Source: Amoebidium appalachense
Taxonomy: Eukaryota; Protista; Ichthyosporea
Reading direction: 5' to 3'
DNA: 64,000 nucleotides
NCBI GenBank assembly: GCA_963693365.1
Contig: CAVNZM010000010.1
Location: forward strand, 62,001 to 126,000
Below are positions 24,891-52,951 of this stretch, in pieces (position 1 is the first letter of the stretch; every line of letters begins with the position of its first letter). The notes beneath the pieces were generated by a model that made no database searches, had not been told where the DNA came from, and saw nothing but the letters and a program-made list of their open reading frames with translations. The translations under genes were made by a program, and so were the position numbers.

Positions 24891-25620
24891 AGGGGGGGGG
24901 GGGTTTGAATGCGTCAAAAAGTACGAAGTACACAAGAACAAACGGATAACACGATGCAGAATGCAAGCCATACATAAAGATTATGCATAATAAGCAGAGC
25001 CCATCCTCAGGGGGGGCCCACATCATCCACAGTACCCGAGTTTCGACCTATTTACCTCGTTAACGAAACCCAACTCAGTTACTGTTTCACTTGAACATGG
25101 GTAGGTCACCCGTCTTGATCAGAGACGAGCAGGGTTGCTTATGCAGGCAAGGGCAGTGGGAAAGGCCGGGGGTTAAAGTTGCAGCAGTAAAGCAGAAGCA
25201 AGAAAAATATAGATAGGAACTCAGGAGACGGGGCTTCTAGGAAGCTCCCCCGGGGGGAGGGGGGGGAGGGGATTTTTTGCTGCCTGTTTCTTTTTCTTTT
25301 TTCTTTCTTTCTTCTTTGCCGGGTGGGGGGGTTCCCACACACATACATACATACACACTGCGCGAGCGCGCGCGCACGCACTATGTATGTGTGTGGGTGT
25401 GTGTATGTGGGTGGGTGGGTGGGGGCGGGGGGTGGGGGGGGGTTTGGCCTATTCTGACAGTTATGAAGATAACATGGAAGATAAAGTGCAAAATGTGGGA
25501 AGCAACCCCACACCCGAAACAAACAACAACATAAAACAATCACCTCCCGCCTTCTTAGTTAAAACCGCCTCCCTTCCGTCAGTAAAACCCCGCCTCTTGC
25601 TCTCTAAGTAACCTCCCCCC

Positions 25621-25702
<82 letters not shown>

Positions 25703-26055
25703 AAAAAAAACAGGCCTCCTATGTTAAGGGGGATCTTACGTGTTGGGGCTATGGGACCATCCTGCCCTGTGGGTGGTACCTCACCTCCTGCTACCAATCA
25801 TATGTGTTAGGTTACAGCTATATATGGTGGGGGTGAGCGATGGTGTTGGGTGGAACTTTTTTTGGAAACAATCAAGAGGAAAGGTGAAATTGAGTAACAA
25901 TTGACTCACAAAAGAGCAACCTAAATGTATGGAAAAATGACCCGCACAGGATTTAAGGTTCAAACCGGCATGTCGCGGTGTGACGTCATATAAAAGTTGG
26001 ACAGACAGCATTATAGCGTCATTACTCGTCTTTGGTTACCTTACAAATCACAGCA

Positions 26056-26096
<41 letters not shown>

Positions 26097-26544
26097 AAAA
26101 AAGGGACAGTAGCAAAACTAGGGGGGGGGGGGGGGGGGCAATACCATCATCTGGCCATGGGTATGTGTTGCGAGGACCCACCCAACCATCGACCTCAGCC
26201 CACACATCACGATAGAAGGGACCAAGGGGGGGTATGTGGTAGATGTGGGGGTCTGTCTGTGCGTGTGTGTGTGGGGAGGGGGAGGGGGGGGGGGGGGGGG
26301 GGGAGGGGGGGGAATGTGTGCGTTTGAGGGTTGGAAATATGAAGGAGACACCATAAGGACAAAACACACAACGTCACAAACATGACAAACCTGAAATCAA
26401 ATATTATGAGCGTGCAGGTAGAAGATACTTGAACAGAGCCCATCATCAAGGGGGGGGGAGAGAGGAGAATTGACTGACCAGTACAGAAAGTAACCAGAAA
26501 TGTGATGTGTGGGCAGGGCAGCGGGTGGGGATGGGGTGGGTGGG

Positions 26545-26582
<38 letters not shown>

Positions 26583-26750
26583 TGACAACACAATGCAGCC
26601 TTTGCGAAGCGCACATGAATATGCATGATAAGTAGATCCCATCTTCAGGGGGAGGGGGGGGGGGGGGAGGGGGGGAGGGGGGCAAGAGGGGTGGTGGGGT
26701 TAAGGTGGAATGACAATAAGCGTGTCTGTGTGCGTCCGTGTGTGTGTGCG

Positions 26751-26834
<84 letters not shown>

Positions 26835-27262
26835 AGCAAGTGTGTAAGCATTAATGTGGCAACATGTGCATACACTTCGAATTCGACAAACCCCTCATAC
26901 CCCTCATCGACACCTAAAAGATCTATATTGACCCATGCTCACCTTATGCAAGGGGGCCATCAACCAATCAAGATCTTCGCTGGTGATGTCACTCACATAT
27001 GGTTGCACCGACATCCAATAGGAATGGCTGAGCTCCCTAGCAACCAATCAGATTCGTCAGTGCGGCCTCAAATTTAACCTAATTTGGACTTAGAGACTTA
27101 TAGGGTATAAGGCGAAACACAGACAAATGTGCAAACATGTAGGCATACGAGAGGAAAACGTTCGAAGAACAACCAAGCTCGTGCGCACAGACACAGGCAC
27201 ACACATCACACACACACACACACACACATATACACAGGCACATGCACACACACGCACATGCA

Positions 27263-27335
<73 letters not shown>

Positions 27336-29010
27336 CAAAAACATCCATATAAAGCCACACACATCAATTAGCTATATCACAACTTACCTCAGCGCTGGGA
27401 CGGTTGAGGCAGGGGTAGTGGCTGGGGGATCAAACTTGACTCTTTTACGTGCATGTGGCCTCTGTGATATCCCAAAATTAGCCCATATCCCATTTTAATG
27501 TCATATCACAGTTAGGCCATATCCCATGTTCGTAAGAGAAATCCTATAGCATACTATCCAATGTTCTAATCGTCTCAAATTCATGGTGTAACACCCCTTC
27601 CCCCCCCGGCCCTTATCTTTCCCATATACACAAGTCCTCCGCCCGTCTCTCCCCACTTTTTCGTTTAGTTCTTTATCACCGGTCCCCCCCCCCCCCCCCC
27701 TCCCCCCCCCCCTTCCCCTCCCCGCCCTCCCCCCTCCCCCCCCCCCCCCCCCCTTTTCTCCCACAGACGCACCCATCCACACTGCCCCCCCTCCCCCCAA
27801 CTCTCCCCTCCCCCTCCTGGCTTTCACACACCGTCCACACAAAACCCACGTCCGAAACCCCCCCCCCCCCCCCCAACCCCCCGTCATCACCCCCCCCCCC
27901 CCCCCCCCACCAACCTACGCACACACACGCACACAAAACTACACAAAAAGATGCACACACCACACCGTTTACACAAACCCACGTCCGACACCCCCCCCCC
28001 CCCCCACCAACCTACGCACACACACGCACACAAAACTACACAAAAAGATGCACACACCACACCGTTTACACAAACCCACGTCCGACACCCCCCCCCCCCC
28101 CCACCAACCTACGCACACACACGCACACAAAACTACACAAAAAGATGCACACACCACACCGTTTACACAAACCCACGTCCGACACCCCCCCCCCCCCCAC
28201 CAACCTACGCACACACACGCACACAAAACTACACAAAAAGATGCACACACCACACCGTTTACACAAACCCACGTCCGACACCCCCCCCCCCCCCCCCCCC
28301 CACCAACCTACGCACACACACGCACACAAAACTACACAAAAAGATGCACACACCACACCGTTTACACAAACCCACGTCCGACCCCCCCCCCCCCCCCCCC
28401 CCCTCATCACCCACCCCCCCACACCAACCTACACACACACACGCACAAGAAAGTACACACAAAAAGATGCACACACGCAGACGCGCACAGACACGCACAC
28501 ACTCACACAAAAAGCGATGTGAACACATCAAAAATAAGTGCGCGTTTAACCCACCTTACCACTCCTTACCGAAGAGAGGGAGGACATTGAAGGAGTCTGT
28601 TGGGGGTGGGGTGGTGGGGGGGAAGGGGGGGGGGGGGGGGAGAAGAGAGAGGGGGGGGGGGGGGGAGAAAGAAGAGAGAGTGCGTTTATCAATGTCTGTG
28701 TGTTTGTGTACGACATATATGTATACGCCCTTGTGTAAGCGCCCGTGAAGTGGAAGGTGAAGGAAGAATGTGCCGAGAGCAAAGAAGCCCCTCCCCATGG
28801 GGTACATGGATGCATATGGCAAGTGTGTGGGAGAGACAGCAACGTGAAGTAATTGGATGCAATAACTATTTCACGTGTGGTATAAAACAGCACGCCCACC
28901 TGACCGCTTGGCTTTCTTTTGGCCGTATTCGTGTCACTGTCTGGTTGGCTGGGTGGGCCCAGGGCAGAAGAGTCGGACTGTACGTGTGTGTGTGTGTGTG
29001 TGCATGTGTG

Positions 29011-29102
<92 letters not shown>

Positions 29103-29105
29103 CGA

Positions 29106-29170
<65 letters not shown>

Positions 29171-29224
29171 GTGTGTGTGCGTGCGTGGAGGTGTGAATGT
29201 GGTGTGTGTGGGCGAGATGATGTC

Positions 29225-29302
<78 letters not shown>

Positions 29303-29785
29303 CTGTATGTGTGTGCGCGAGTGAGCGCGCGCGCGCGCGTATGTTTCCGCGCGCGTGCGTGTGCGCTCGCTCGTGTTTGTGTGCGTGCATGTGTGTGCAC
29401 GCGCGTGTGTGTGTGGGCATGTGTATGTGCGTGTGCAGGCGTGGAGGCGTGAAAGTACTGTGTCTGCGTGTATGTGCGTGCGTGTGTGCGTGTGTGTGTG
29501 TGTGTGCGCGCGTGCGTGTGTGCGTGTGTCTGTCTGTTGTGTGTCTGTTGTGTGTGTGTGTGTGTGTGTGTCTTGGGAATGTGAGAGCGGAAGGGAAGCT
29601 GGGAGGAGAAGAGGAAAAACAGAGAAGAACGGAGGGGGGAGGATTTGCGTCCCAGTGCACACAAAAACCAGGGGCTCTGTAGTCCCGGGCACAAGCATTC
29701 AAATAGCAAGTGCAACTTGGTGGAAGAAGTAAAGACATCAGTTGGGCACGGTTTGTGTATGTTGGTGTGAAGTTGGTGGTGGTGT

Positions 29786-29816
<31 letters not shown>

Positions 29817-29966
29817 GAAGAAGGGAGGGGGTGGGGAGGTTAAAAGAGAAGGGGGTGGGGAGGAGGGAAGCAAACCTCCATCTTCTTCCACCTTGTGGCT
29901 GGTCGTTAGTTCTTTCATGTGTTTGTGACCTTCAGTGCGTTGCGACTCCCTAACGGGTTTGTGCAT
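18677..29966 (-). CDS. TADA3: Ada3/TADA3-like SAGA/ATAC HAT-module subunit, 12 exons, ~333 aa
   Basis: Exons 29966-29892, 28977-28900, 27461-27388, 27036-26943, 26256-26145, 25790-25740, 24697-24627, 23517-23459, 22970-22889, 22000-21900, 19810-19711, 18781-18677; GT-AG and phase-consistent (1002 nt). Ordered Ada3-like blocks: [100 protein letters not shown]. First exon and last acceptor are less certain. Confidence 0.85.
18985..19708. repeat. ~20-bp minisatellite (cacacatgcacacagta(c/t)) with a 46-bp higher-order unit
   Basis: Direct tandem repeats filling the 5' part of the last Ada3 intron; about three 46-bp units at ~19530-19690. Confidence 0.9.
19855..20307. mobile_element. PIF/Harbinger (Tourist)-like MITE in an Ada3 intron
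   Basis: 15-bp TIR GGGCCTGTTTGGCAG / CTGCCAAACAGGCCC, flanks ttaaa| and |taa, internal palindrome at ~20132-20183, no ORF. Confidence 0.85.
20754..21100 (-). mobile_element. Poly(C)-associated retroposon-like element, long copy (may extend to ~21420)
   Basis: About 350 bp nearly identical to 24904-25250; the fixed end abuts a G-rich run on + (C-rich in element orientation). Confidence 0.8.
22065..22322. repeat. 60-bp minisatellite, ~4 copies
   Basis: catacagtggtctatacacatagtggtctaattataagcctataggggtctatacata repeated in tandem. Confidence 0.95.
24050..24214. repeat. ~49-bp minisatellite, ~3.3 copies
   Basis: aatctaaccattatcaaaaccgtactccaatcattcattgttatatcaa repeated in tandem. Confidence 0.95.
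24904..25250 (-). mobile_element. Poly(C)-associated retroposon-like element copy
   Basis: Near-identical to 20754-21100; both flanks are G-tracts interrupted by A, compatible with a TSD. Confidence 0.8.
26312..26650 (-). repeat. Two diverged copies of the poly(C)-associated repeat
   Basis: Minus strand reads cccctgaagatgggatct... (26650-26581) and ccccttgatgatgggctctgttc...ccaaccctcaaacgcacacatt-(C)n (26452-26312). Confidence 0.6.
27825..28480. repeat. ~97-bp minisatellite, ~6 copies, with a variable poly(C) segment
   Basis: accaacctacgcacacacacgcacacaaaactacacaaaaagatgcacacaccacaccgtttacacaaacccacgtccgaca-(C)n in tandem. Confidence 0.95.
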
Positions 29967-30187
29967 CCGTTTGAACGGTTTAGGCGGTTCACGTGAACAC
30001 CCGAGGTTTGGAAATGTTTGCGCAACCAAATAACTCCCGAGGTTTCTCCTGACTCCCGAGGTTTCGACTGGTGGTCAAAACAAAGCACACATCCACACAC
30101 GCTCAGCATTACATCATGACGCACAGACGGACTTAAACACACGCCTAAATCAACACACGCGCACACACGCACACGCATACGCACACC
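29967..30187. promoter_or_regulatory. Bidirectional promoter between Ada3 and GH28 with 3x AC(A/T)CCCGAGGTTT
   Basis: Divergent ATGs only ~220 bp apart; CCCGAGGTTT at 30000, 30036 and 30055. Confidence 0.65.
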
Positions 30188-38500
<8,313 letters not shown>

Positions 38501-38775
38501 ATGTTGTGGCGGGTCTTGGATTTAGATCTGGAGAGACGTGTGTGCGTGGGGGGGGAGGGGAGGGGGGGGCTGTGATCATTTTTTAAATCTTTTTCTATTT
38601 TTATTTTTATTTGTTTTTTTGTGTGTGTGTGTGGGGGGGGGGGGGGGGGGGGGGGGGGGCATAACCATGTTAGGGATTTTTGAATTTGAAATGGGGGGGG
38701 GGAGAGTAGTAAATATCGACGTCTCCCCTGGTGGTACCCCCCTCTCCCCCCCAAGGTAGCCGCAGCCGGGGGTGG

Positions 38776-38814
<39 letters not shown>

Positions 38815-39358
38815 AGACTCCCCCTTGCCCCCCTGCATGCACGTGATCATGGTATTAAAGTGTCCCCGAAGTTTTCACCCTCCATGCTGTTTAAGACGGT
38901 ATTCTTTTTGGCCACTGATGCACATCCCCCTCCTCTTCCTCCCCCCCCCCCCCCATACACACACACACACACGTGCACACACACATGCGCGCGCGCGCGC
39001 GTGACTGCCTGCGTGTCTGTACACGCACACACACACACGCACACACACACACACGTGCCCGTGCGGCCGTACACGTACACGCACACGCACTTCCAACCCG
39101 TTCGTGCCCTGGGGGGGGGGGGGGGGGGGAGGGGGGGGGGGGGGGGGGGGGGATAGTATGACCGTATGGCATAGCCTAGTTTCAGGTGATCAAGGAATTG
39201 GCCTCAATCAAAGTTTACGTTTTGGCATTGTATGTGAACTGCTGCTGATTATAGTACTCTTATCTGATCAGACTTATCTTATAGTCACATGATGTCAGCC
39301 TATGGGGGGAGGGGGGGGGGGGGGGGGGGGAGGGGGACCCACCCTCTCAGGGTAGTGG

Positions 39359-39392
<34 letters not shown>

Positions 39393-40353
39393 TGCTAGCC
39401 GGAGGGGTGTGTGGGTCCCCCTCCCCCCAACGTTACTACTACTACCCCTTTCCGGATCTCCGTTTCAAGATCAAGAATCCTTTTTGCATAGACGCGCGCT
39501 GAGGGCCCAGAGAGGGGGGGGGGGGGGGGGGGGGGTTATCAGGTGCGGGGAGGTTCCAAAATTACTACGTGATAGTACCAGGGGGAAGCCGGCGGCTTGA
39601 CCATAAGTGTACGCGCGCCTGAGCCTGAAGGGGGGGGGGGGGGGGGGGGGGGGGAGGACACAGGTGTGATAGGACTTGCCGTTCCTCATTCCAATACACA
39701 AACAATTATAAGTTTTAATTGCTGCTTTTAAGCTTTTAAGGTCTTTCATAGTATTTGAGCAGGCGGACGCTATTAGCGTTAAATTTAAAGTGTTATGGTC
39801 CCTTTATAATAACATTTATGAAGCCTTGTCTTGGAGTGGTATACTATATTTCTGTCAGCTGCAGTTGCACGGATTTAAGATAGTGCTGACCAATAAATCT
39901 GGCCTGATCAATTATAACCTTCTCAAGCCTCAGATGCGGCATGCCTTTTAAATTTTGCTTGTTTTATATAACTTTAAGGTATTTACGCAAGCAAAGCCTG
40001 CTCATGCGCCGCGCACGAAGCCCGGCCGATGGAGACAAACTTCGTGATTCGAGTACGCGTGCATGTACCTACATGTCTACCATAGCATCGCTCACTATGA
40101 TACAGCTTTAGGACAATATTGCCTTGCATATACTGCTCGGGAATACGGATTCGGAGGGGGGGGAGAGGGGGGGGGGGGGGGGGGGGGAGGGGGGGGGGGG
40201 GGTATACGTACTATTATTAATTTACTTTCTATATATTAATCATCATGTTCTTTTATGATTACCATTGAAGGCTTAAAGTTAAATTTATTACATTTTTCAG
40301 AATCATTAGCTTGAGGTACCATGTCATGACGTTGGGTGGGTGGGTGGGTGGGT

Positions 40354-40384
<31 letters not shown>

Positions 40385-40789
40385 TCGAGGGGGCACCGGG
40401 TTCTTGGGGTCACGGACAGGCCTCCCCCTCCCCCCCCCCCCCCCCCCGGGGCCTGTACAGGGTAGCGGGACCGTTATGTGAATGTTAAGTTGTCTGCGTG
40501 AGTTTGGTTCACCGTAGGATCACACGTAGGACCTTCTGCCATGTACAGTTGCGGAGACTTGGAGGTTTTGTGAATTCGAAACAAACATATTGCAACGCAT
40601 CTATGGAGCTGTTTTTGTATGTGAAAGGGAGGCCAAATCTTCGATCGTAACCAATATATAATATAAAATTAAGAGTTGATAAAAAACCTAAACCTAATAT
40701 ATATGTGTAATCAATAAAATAAGGTTTACCTATACCTTATATGTATCTTTCACGAGAAGTACCTTCCCTGCCAGATTTATGTTCGGCAC

Positions 40790-40970
40790 GCGGAGGTTTC
40801 AATCAGCAACACCCGAGGGTTTAGTAACACCCGAGGTTTCAGTCAGCAACACCCGAGGTTTCCGAGATCGATCAGCAAGACACAGTCGGTGTGACGTTTG
40901 GGCACTTTCGCCCAGGTTTGAGTGAGGTGACACAACTAACGTTATCCTTGGCAGTATAATCCCTAGCAGG
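40790..40970 (+). promoter_or_regulatory. Probable promoter and 5'-UTR exon of the F-box gene with 3x AACACCCGAGG(G)TTT
   Basis: Motif at 40812, 40830 and 40852; strong donor g|gtaagt at 40970 and acceptor cccccag at ~41534, upstream of ATG 41605. Confidence 0.55.
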
Positions 40971-41604
40971 GTAAGTGTGACAAAAGTGCGTAAAGCAGCA
41001 GTTAACCTTTTATCACTAACTGGTTATCTGTATGAAACAAACCCATGGTTAGAGTTGTTCGAATGATCACGCTTCACCATCCATCTACCTTCCAGACGAT
41101 GGTGGTTGTGTGGCCATAGACTGACACGAGTGTTAACACTGGTTAGCACTAGCACCCCTCTGAGTAGTTTTACTTCATTTTCACGTCCTTTGCCTCCATC
41201 AACCCGTATCCATCCCTTTCGCGTCGCTCCCCCTCCCCCCCCCCCCCCCCCCCGGGCAGCCCCCCGCCCTCCCCCCCCCCCCCCCCTCCCCCCCTTCCCA
41301 CACACAAACACATGGACACCATCCCCAACTTCTTCCCAATATAATGCAAAGTTCTCATTTGAATGCATAAGCTAACCTACGCATTCCCCCCCTCCCCCCT
41401 CCCCCCCCCCCCCCCCTCCCTCCCCCCCCCCCCCCACCCAGCCGCCCTCCCGCCCTCCCCCCTTACCCCCTCCACAATAACCACTGCCCCCCTCCCCCCC
41501 CCCCCCCCCCTTCTCTCCCATTGCTGCCCCCCAGTACAACCACAAGCCCCACCTACCCGCAGCTCAACCCCCACTTCTTCCCTGGTTCTCATTTTTGGAC
41601 TGCC

Positions 41605-48448
<6,844 letters not shown>

Positions 48449-48551
48449 GTATGGAAGGTGTGGCTATATTTGGAAGGTGTACATGTAGCTATATTTGGAA
48501 GCTGTAGCTGTATTTCGAATTTGTAACTATGTTTTAATGGCCCCGGGGCGC

Positions 48552-48584
<33 letters not shown>

Positions 48585-48937
48585 TTGTATGCACGTGTGT
48601 GTGTGTTGCAGGGCGGGTGTTCGTGGGGACCCGTGGGGGGGGGGGGGGGGGGTCATGAGTATGCATGATCCAGGGTGATTTTTCGGTCCTTCCGCCATTA
48701 AGAACATCCCAAAAACTGGTTGCGGTGCTTATTGTTAAAAAAATAAAAAAAAAGGCTTGACCCCTAGCGTATTCTTATTGGCGGGTATTCTCATGATGGC
48801 AGATCGGCGTATCTGTAAGGCAGACATCCGGATATTGTCACGGGGCCTATTAATAAATGTAAACAGTTACACTCTTTCATAGCCGGTTGCACACGCGCGC
48901 GCGTGCGCGCACACACACACACACACCGTAACACACA

Positions 48938-48980
<43 letters not shown>

Positions 48981-49161
48981 CACACACACACACACATGGT
49001 GACTTTTTCGGTCTGTTGATTTGTAACGAAGCGAAAGCTTCCGTAGGCCCTTCAAGTTATCTGGAAAGAAAAGTGATCTGCTGCCTTTTCTTGTGCGCAT
49101 GCAAGCTAATATTTAATAGTAATACTATACTAGTAGGGAAGGCATTAGGAAGGCATCCGAA

Positions 49162-49198
<37 letters not shown>

Positions 49199-49465
49199 AC
49201 CCCCCCACACACACACACACACACACACACACCAACCCACCCACCCCCCTCCCTCCCCGCCGTTATCTTTTTTCCCCCCAGCCTCGGTATTTCAAAAAAT
49301 CGAGTACTGGTGGATATCTCAATTCTGAATGACAGGGCCTGTACATAGACATATATTTTCATGATATATTATATGGGTTTTTAGTAAACAGCGTAAACCC
49401 ATATATATGTGTGTGTGTGTATATATATATATCATCATGATATATATATCATGATATATCATCAG

Positions 49466-49526
<61 letters not shown>

Positions 49527-50249
49527 TGTGTGTGTATGTGTGTGCGGCATGTGGTCAGGTATGCGTGGCTCTGAGAGATGGGCTGGTGTTTGTGGTCCCA
49601 CGAGCCCGGTTAAAGATGTCCTTTGGGGAGAGGGTGGGGTGGGGTGGGGGGGGGGGGGTGTCATGATCCGCACTGGAAATTCTGGATCGACAAGTGTTAA
49701 ACGTAATCATTAGTTCAGAATCATTAGTCGAAGCATAGCGCCATGTTTTGAATGTCCAAATTTATTCTCATGTGCCCGTAGAATCTCTTAATATTATCAA
49801 GATGTTGTGACTCGGTTTTTCTTTTCAGCTCTCAAAATGAATATCTAATATTATTTCGTGCGCGGCCTGTACTGTACCGTACACGTAACTATATCTAACC
49901 ACCGCACCCTTGCACAAAGTTGTGCCCATGCATAATTTGAAATCTCAGACAGCCTAGCAAACATTGACTGTTACAGGGGTCACTCACTTTTAAGGTAACA
50001 GGTAAATACGGTTTAGGGTCTAATATCTTAAGGTTTCTCGGCCGTAGGGTTCATTATCTTATCCCCCCCCCCCCCCCCCCCCCCCCACCTTCTCCCCCTG
50101 CCCACCAGCCCGCCCGCCTGGTCCACGCAATAAAAAGTGTGTAAACCCCCCCGCCCGCCCCCGCCCACCCACCCCGGTCCTGTGGGTCCTACTTGTGGAC
50201 TGCACGAGTTTTTTGTTTTTTTTTGTTTTTTTGGGGGGGGGGGGGGGGG

Positions 50250-50625
50250 GGGGAGACATACACACACTGTCCACCTTAACACGGAGACACAGACATACAC
50301 ACACACAATGATTGTGATACACACGTGCTACACACACACACACCACACACACCTAAACACACCCAGTGACAAACGAGCACAAAATCCAAATGAACACACA
50401 GGCATGTGCACACATTCTCGCACAGCCCCCGCCTCCCCCCCCCCCCCCCCCCCCGGCCCCAAACCCCCCCCCCCCCAATACAACCAAAAAAAAAAAAAAA
50501 AAAAAAAAAAAAAGAAAACCTCCCCGCCCATGATAAAAAGGACCCACAAGACAGGGGGGGGGGAAGGGGGGGTTGGGGGGAGACGCACACACACACAGCG
50601 TGCACCGCCACAGGGATACACACAC

Positions 50626-50661
<36 letters not shown>

Positions 50662-50767
50662 TGTGATACACACCCGTGTACACAGACGCACACCACACAC
50701 ACACACAAACACACAGTGACAAATGAGCGCAATGCATACACAGGCATATGCACACATTTTTGCACAG

Positions 50768-50810
<43 letters not shown>

Positions 50811-51073
50811 AGGGAAAAAAAACAAAAACATCCACGCTCATAAAGGGAATTCACGGGACAGGAGGGGAAAACGGGAAGGGGGGGGGGGGGGGGGGGGGGC
50901 GGCTGGAGACGGGGGGGAGGGGGGAGACGAGGGGGGGGGGGGGGGGGGTGGGAAGGATATGCACACACACACCGTGCACCTTGACACGGACACACACACA
51001 CACACACACCCAGTGACAAACGAACACAAAATTCATTAAATGTACACGCAGGCATATGCACACAATTTTGCAC

Positions 51074-51112
<39 letters not shown>

Positions 51113-51354
51113 TTCCCCCCCCCCCCCCCCCCCCCCTCGCCCTTCCTCCCCTCCCCCCCCTCCCCCCCCCCCCCCCCCCCCCCAAAAAAAAAGAAAAAAA
51201 AAAAAAACCACAGCCCAAAAAAACGACCCACAGGAAAGGGGGGGAAGGGGGGAGCCTCGGAGCGCCCACACACACCGTGCACCGTGACCCGGTTGCAGAC
51301 ACATACATACACACACACCGTCAAACAGTTGAGATACACATACGTGCACACACC

Positions 51355-51386
<32 letters not shown>

Positions 51387-51450
51387 GTGACAAACGAACA
51401 CAAAAACCAAAGGTACACACAGATATATGAACACATTGTCGCACAGCCTA
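50250..51450. repeat. Degenerate ~320-370-bp tandem repeat, ~4 units
   Basis: cagtgacaaa(c/t)ga.c.ca...cag(g)catatgcacaca..t.gcacagc recurs at ~50363, 50713, 51011 and 51385. Confidence 0.75.
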
Positions 51451-51543
51451 AGGTGCACAGTAGAGCCGGGGAGTCCCTGCCAGGGCACCGTGGGCCCATT
51501 AATGTAAACCGTTTACACTCTTTCTTAGCCGGTTGCACACACA

Positions 51544-51578
<35 letters not shown>

Positions 51579-51744
51579 GCACACACACACGCACACACAC
51601 ACACACACACACACACGTCACACACACACTGCCTGTTCGGTCTGTTGATTGGTAACAAAGCAACAGCTTCTGGAGGACTTCACGCTAATCAGAAAAGAAA
51701 TATGATCAGCTGCACAAAGGGCTTTTCTTGTGCACAGCCTTATT

Positions 51745-51975
51745 CAGGACCGAAAATTCACGAAGTTTGGATGGTATTTTTTCAGTATATCTTCTATTTT
51801 CCTATATGCTGGATGGTATTTTTTCAGTATATCTTCTATTTTCCTATATGCTGGATGGTATTTCCGGACATTTACTATGCACACCATCCAAGCACCATGG
51901 TCGGAAATGTGCCGTACCATGCAAAAAAGTTGGATGGTATTTTAGAGGGTTTAACCGCAGTTTTGGTCAACCCTG
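51745..51975. mobile_element. Non-autonomous hAT-like element (231 bp)
   Basis: 8-bp TSD GCCTTATT (51737-51744 and 51976-51983), CAGG...CCTG termini, internal 42-bp tandem repeat; absent from the paralogous segment near 49100. Confidence 0.75.
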
Positions 51976-52951
51976 GCCTTATTATAATAATACTAGACTA
52001 ATTATAAGTAGGGAATTCGAAGCCACAGTCCCCCCCCCCCCCCCCCCCCCCCCTGTTATCTTATTTTTTTCCCCAACCTCGGTTGTCCCTAAAATCCGAC
52101 TTTCAAAAAATCCAGTACTTCTTATCTCATAGATGAACTATCTTGATCCTGAATGAATTCTGCACAATGATAGTGGCAATTTTGCAGTAGCCAAGGGGGG
52201 GGGGGGGGGGGGGCAAAAGAACAGTAGAAAAAAAGGAAAATAAATGGATACTACTCGAAAAACTAAGGGAGTAAAGAAGATGGACATCATATCTATTACG
52301 TAGGTGCGAGCCACCCGACGCCACAGCCAGCAATAGTACTTCTGTTACAGTATTCGTAGCATTGCACCTTTCAAGCACAGTATGCATAGGGCAGTGTTGA
52401 TTGTCACAAAGTTTAATTATTTTCCGAAGGTCCCCATGCCTAATTGTCATATACCTCCTGCATGATCATCGAAACACCGTTGAACTAGCTTCCACCAGAG
52501 CACCTGTGTGCACAAATAGAAACCACCGTATAATTTATTTAGAGTCTGTTAGCCAGAGTAATTAGCGTAAGGACTAGCTAGTCTGTGCCAGGCCTGCATG
52601 AGTACCTAATGCTTGAATAAGTTACCCATTCTTCAAGTTTACAAACCCAACGTTGAACATAATGACTTGCAAATGAAACCCACGTTTGCGCCAGCCTTCG
52701 CACGTACATACACTGCACACTGGCTGTACAGCGCCGCGCGGGCAATATAAATCAATAAGAACACATTAAATACATGTACACCGTGACAACATGCACCTCT
52801 AAGCTTCTGGATCTCCTAATGGATCTACGATCATCTGCTGGACCGGACATAATCATCGCATCCGATGTGTAAAAACACACCACACCAATACCGTGGCCGT
52901 GCTATTAGTAACCATATTCACGTAACACATACTCCGCGCCGCCATCGAGGC

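Larger units (their letters stand above)
48856..52122 (+). repeat. Diverged direct duplication (48856-49310 vs 51500-52122)
   Basis: Colinear blocks aatgtaaac..ttacactctttc.tagccggttgcacac, ttcggtctgttgatt.gtaac and gttatctt...tttcaaaaaatc.agtact are present in both copies. Confidence 0.8.

Noticed and set aside
27825-28480. CRISPR-like repeat-spacer array (also 22065-22322 and 24050-24214)
   Set aside because: No unique spacers, no cas genes; these are intronic minisatellites
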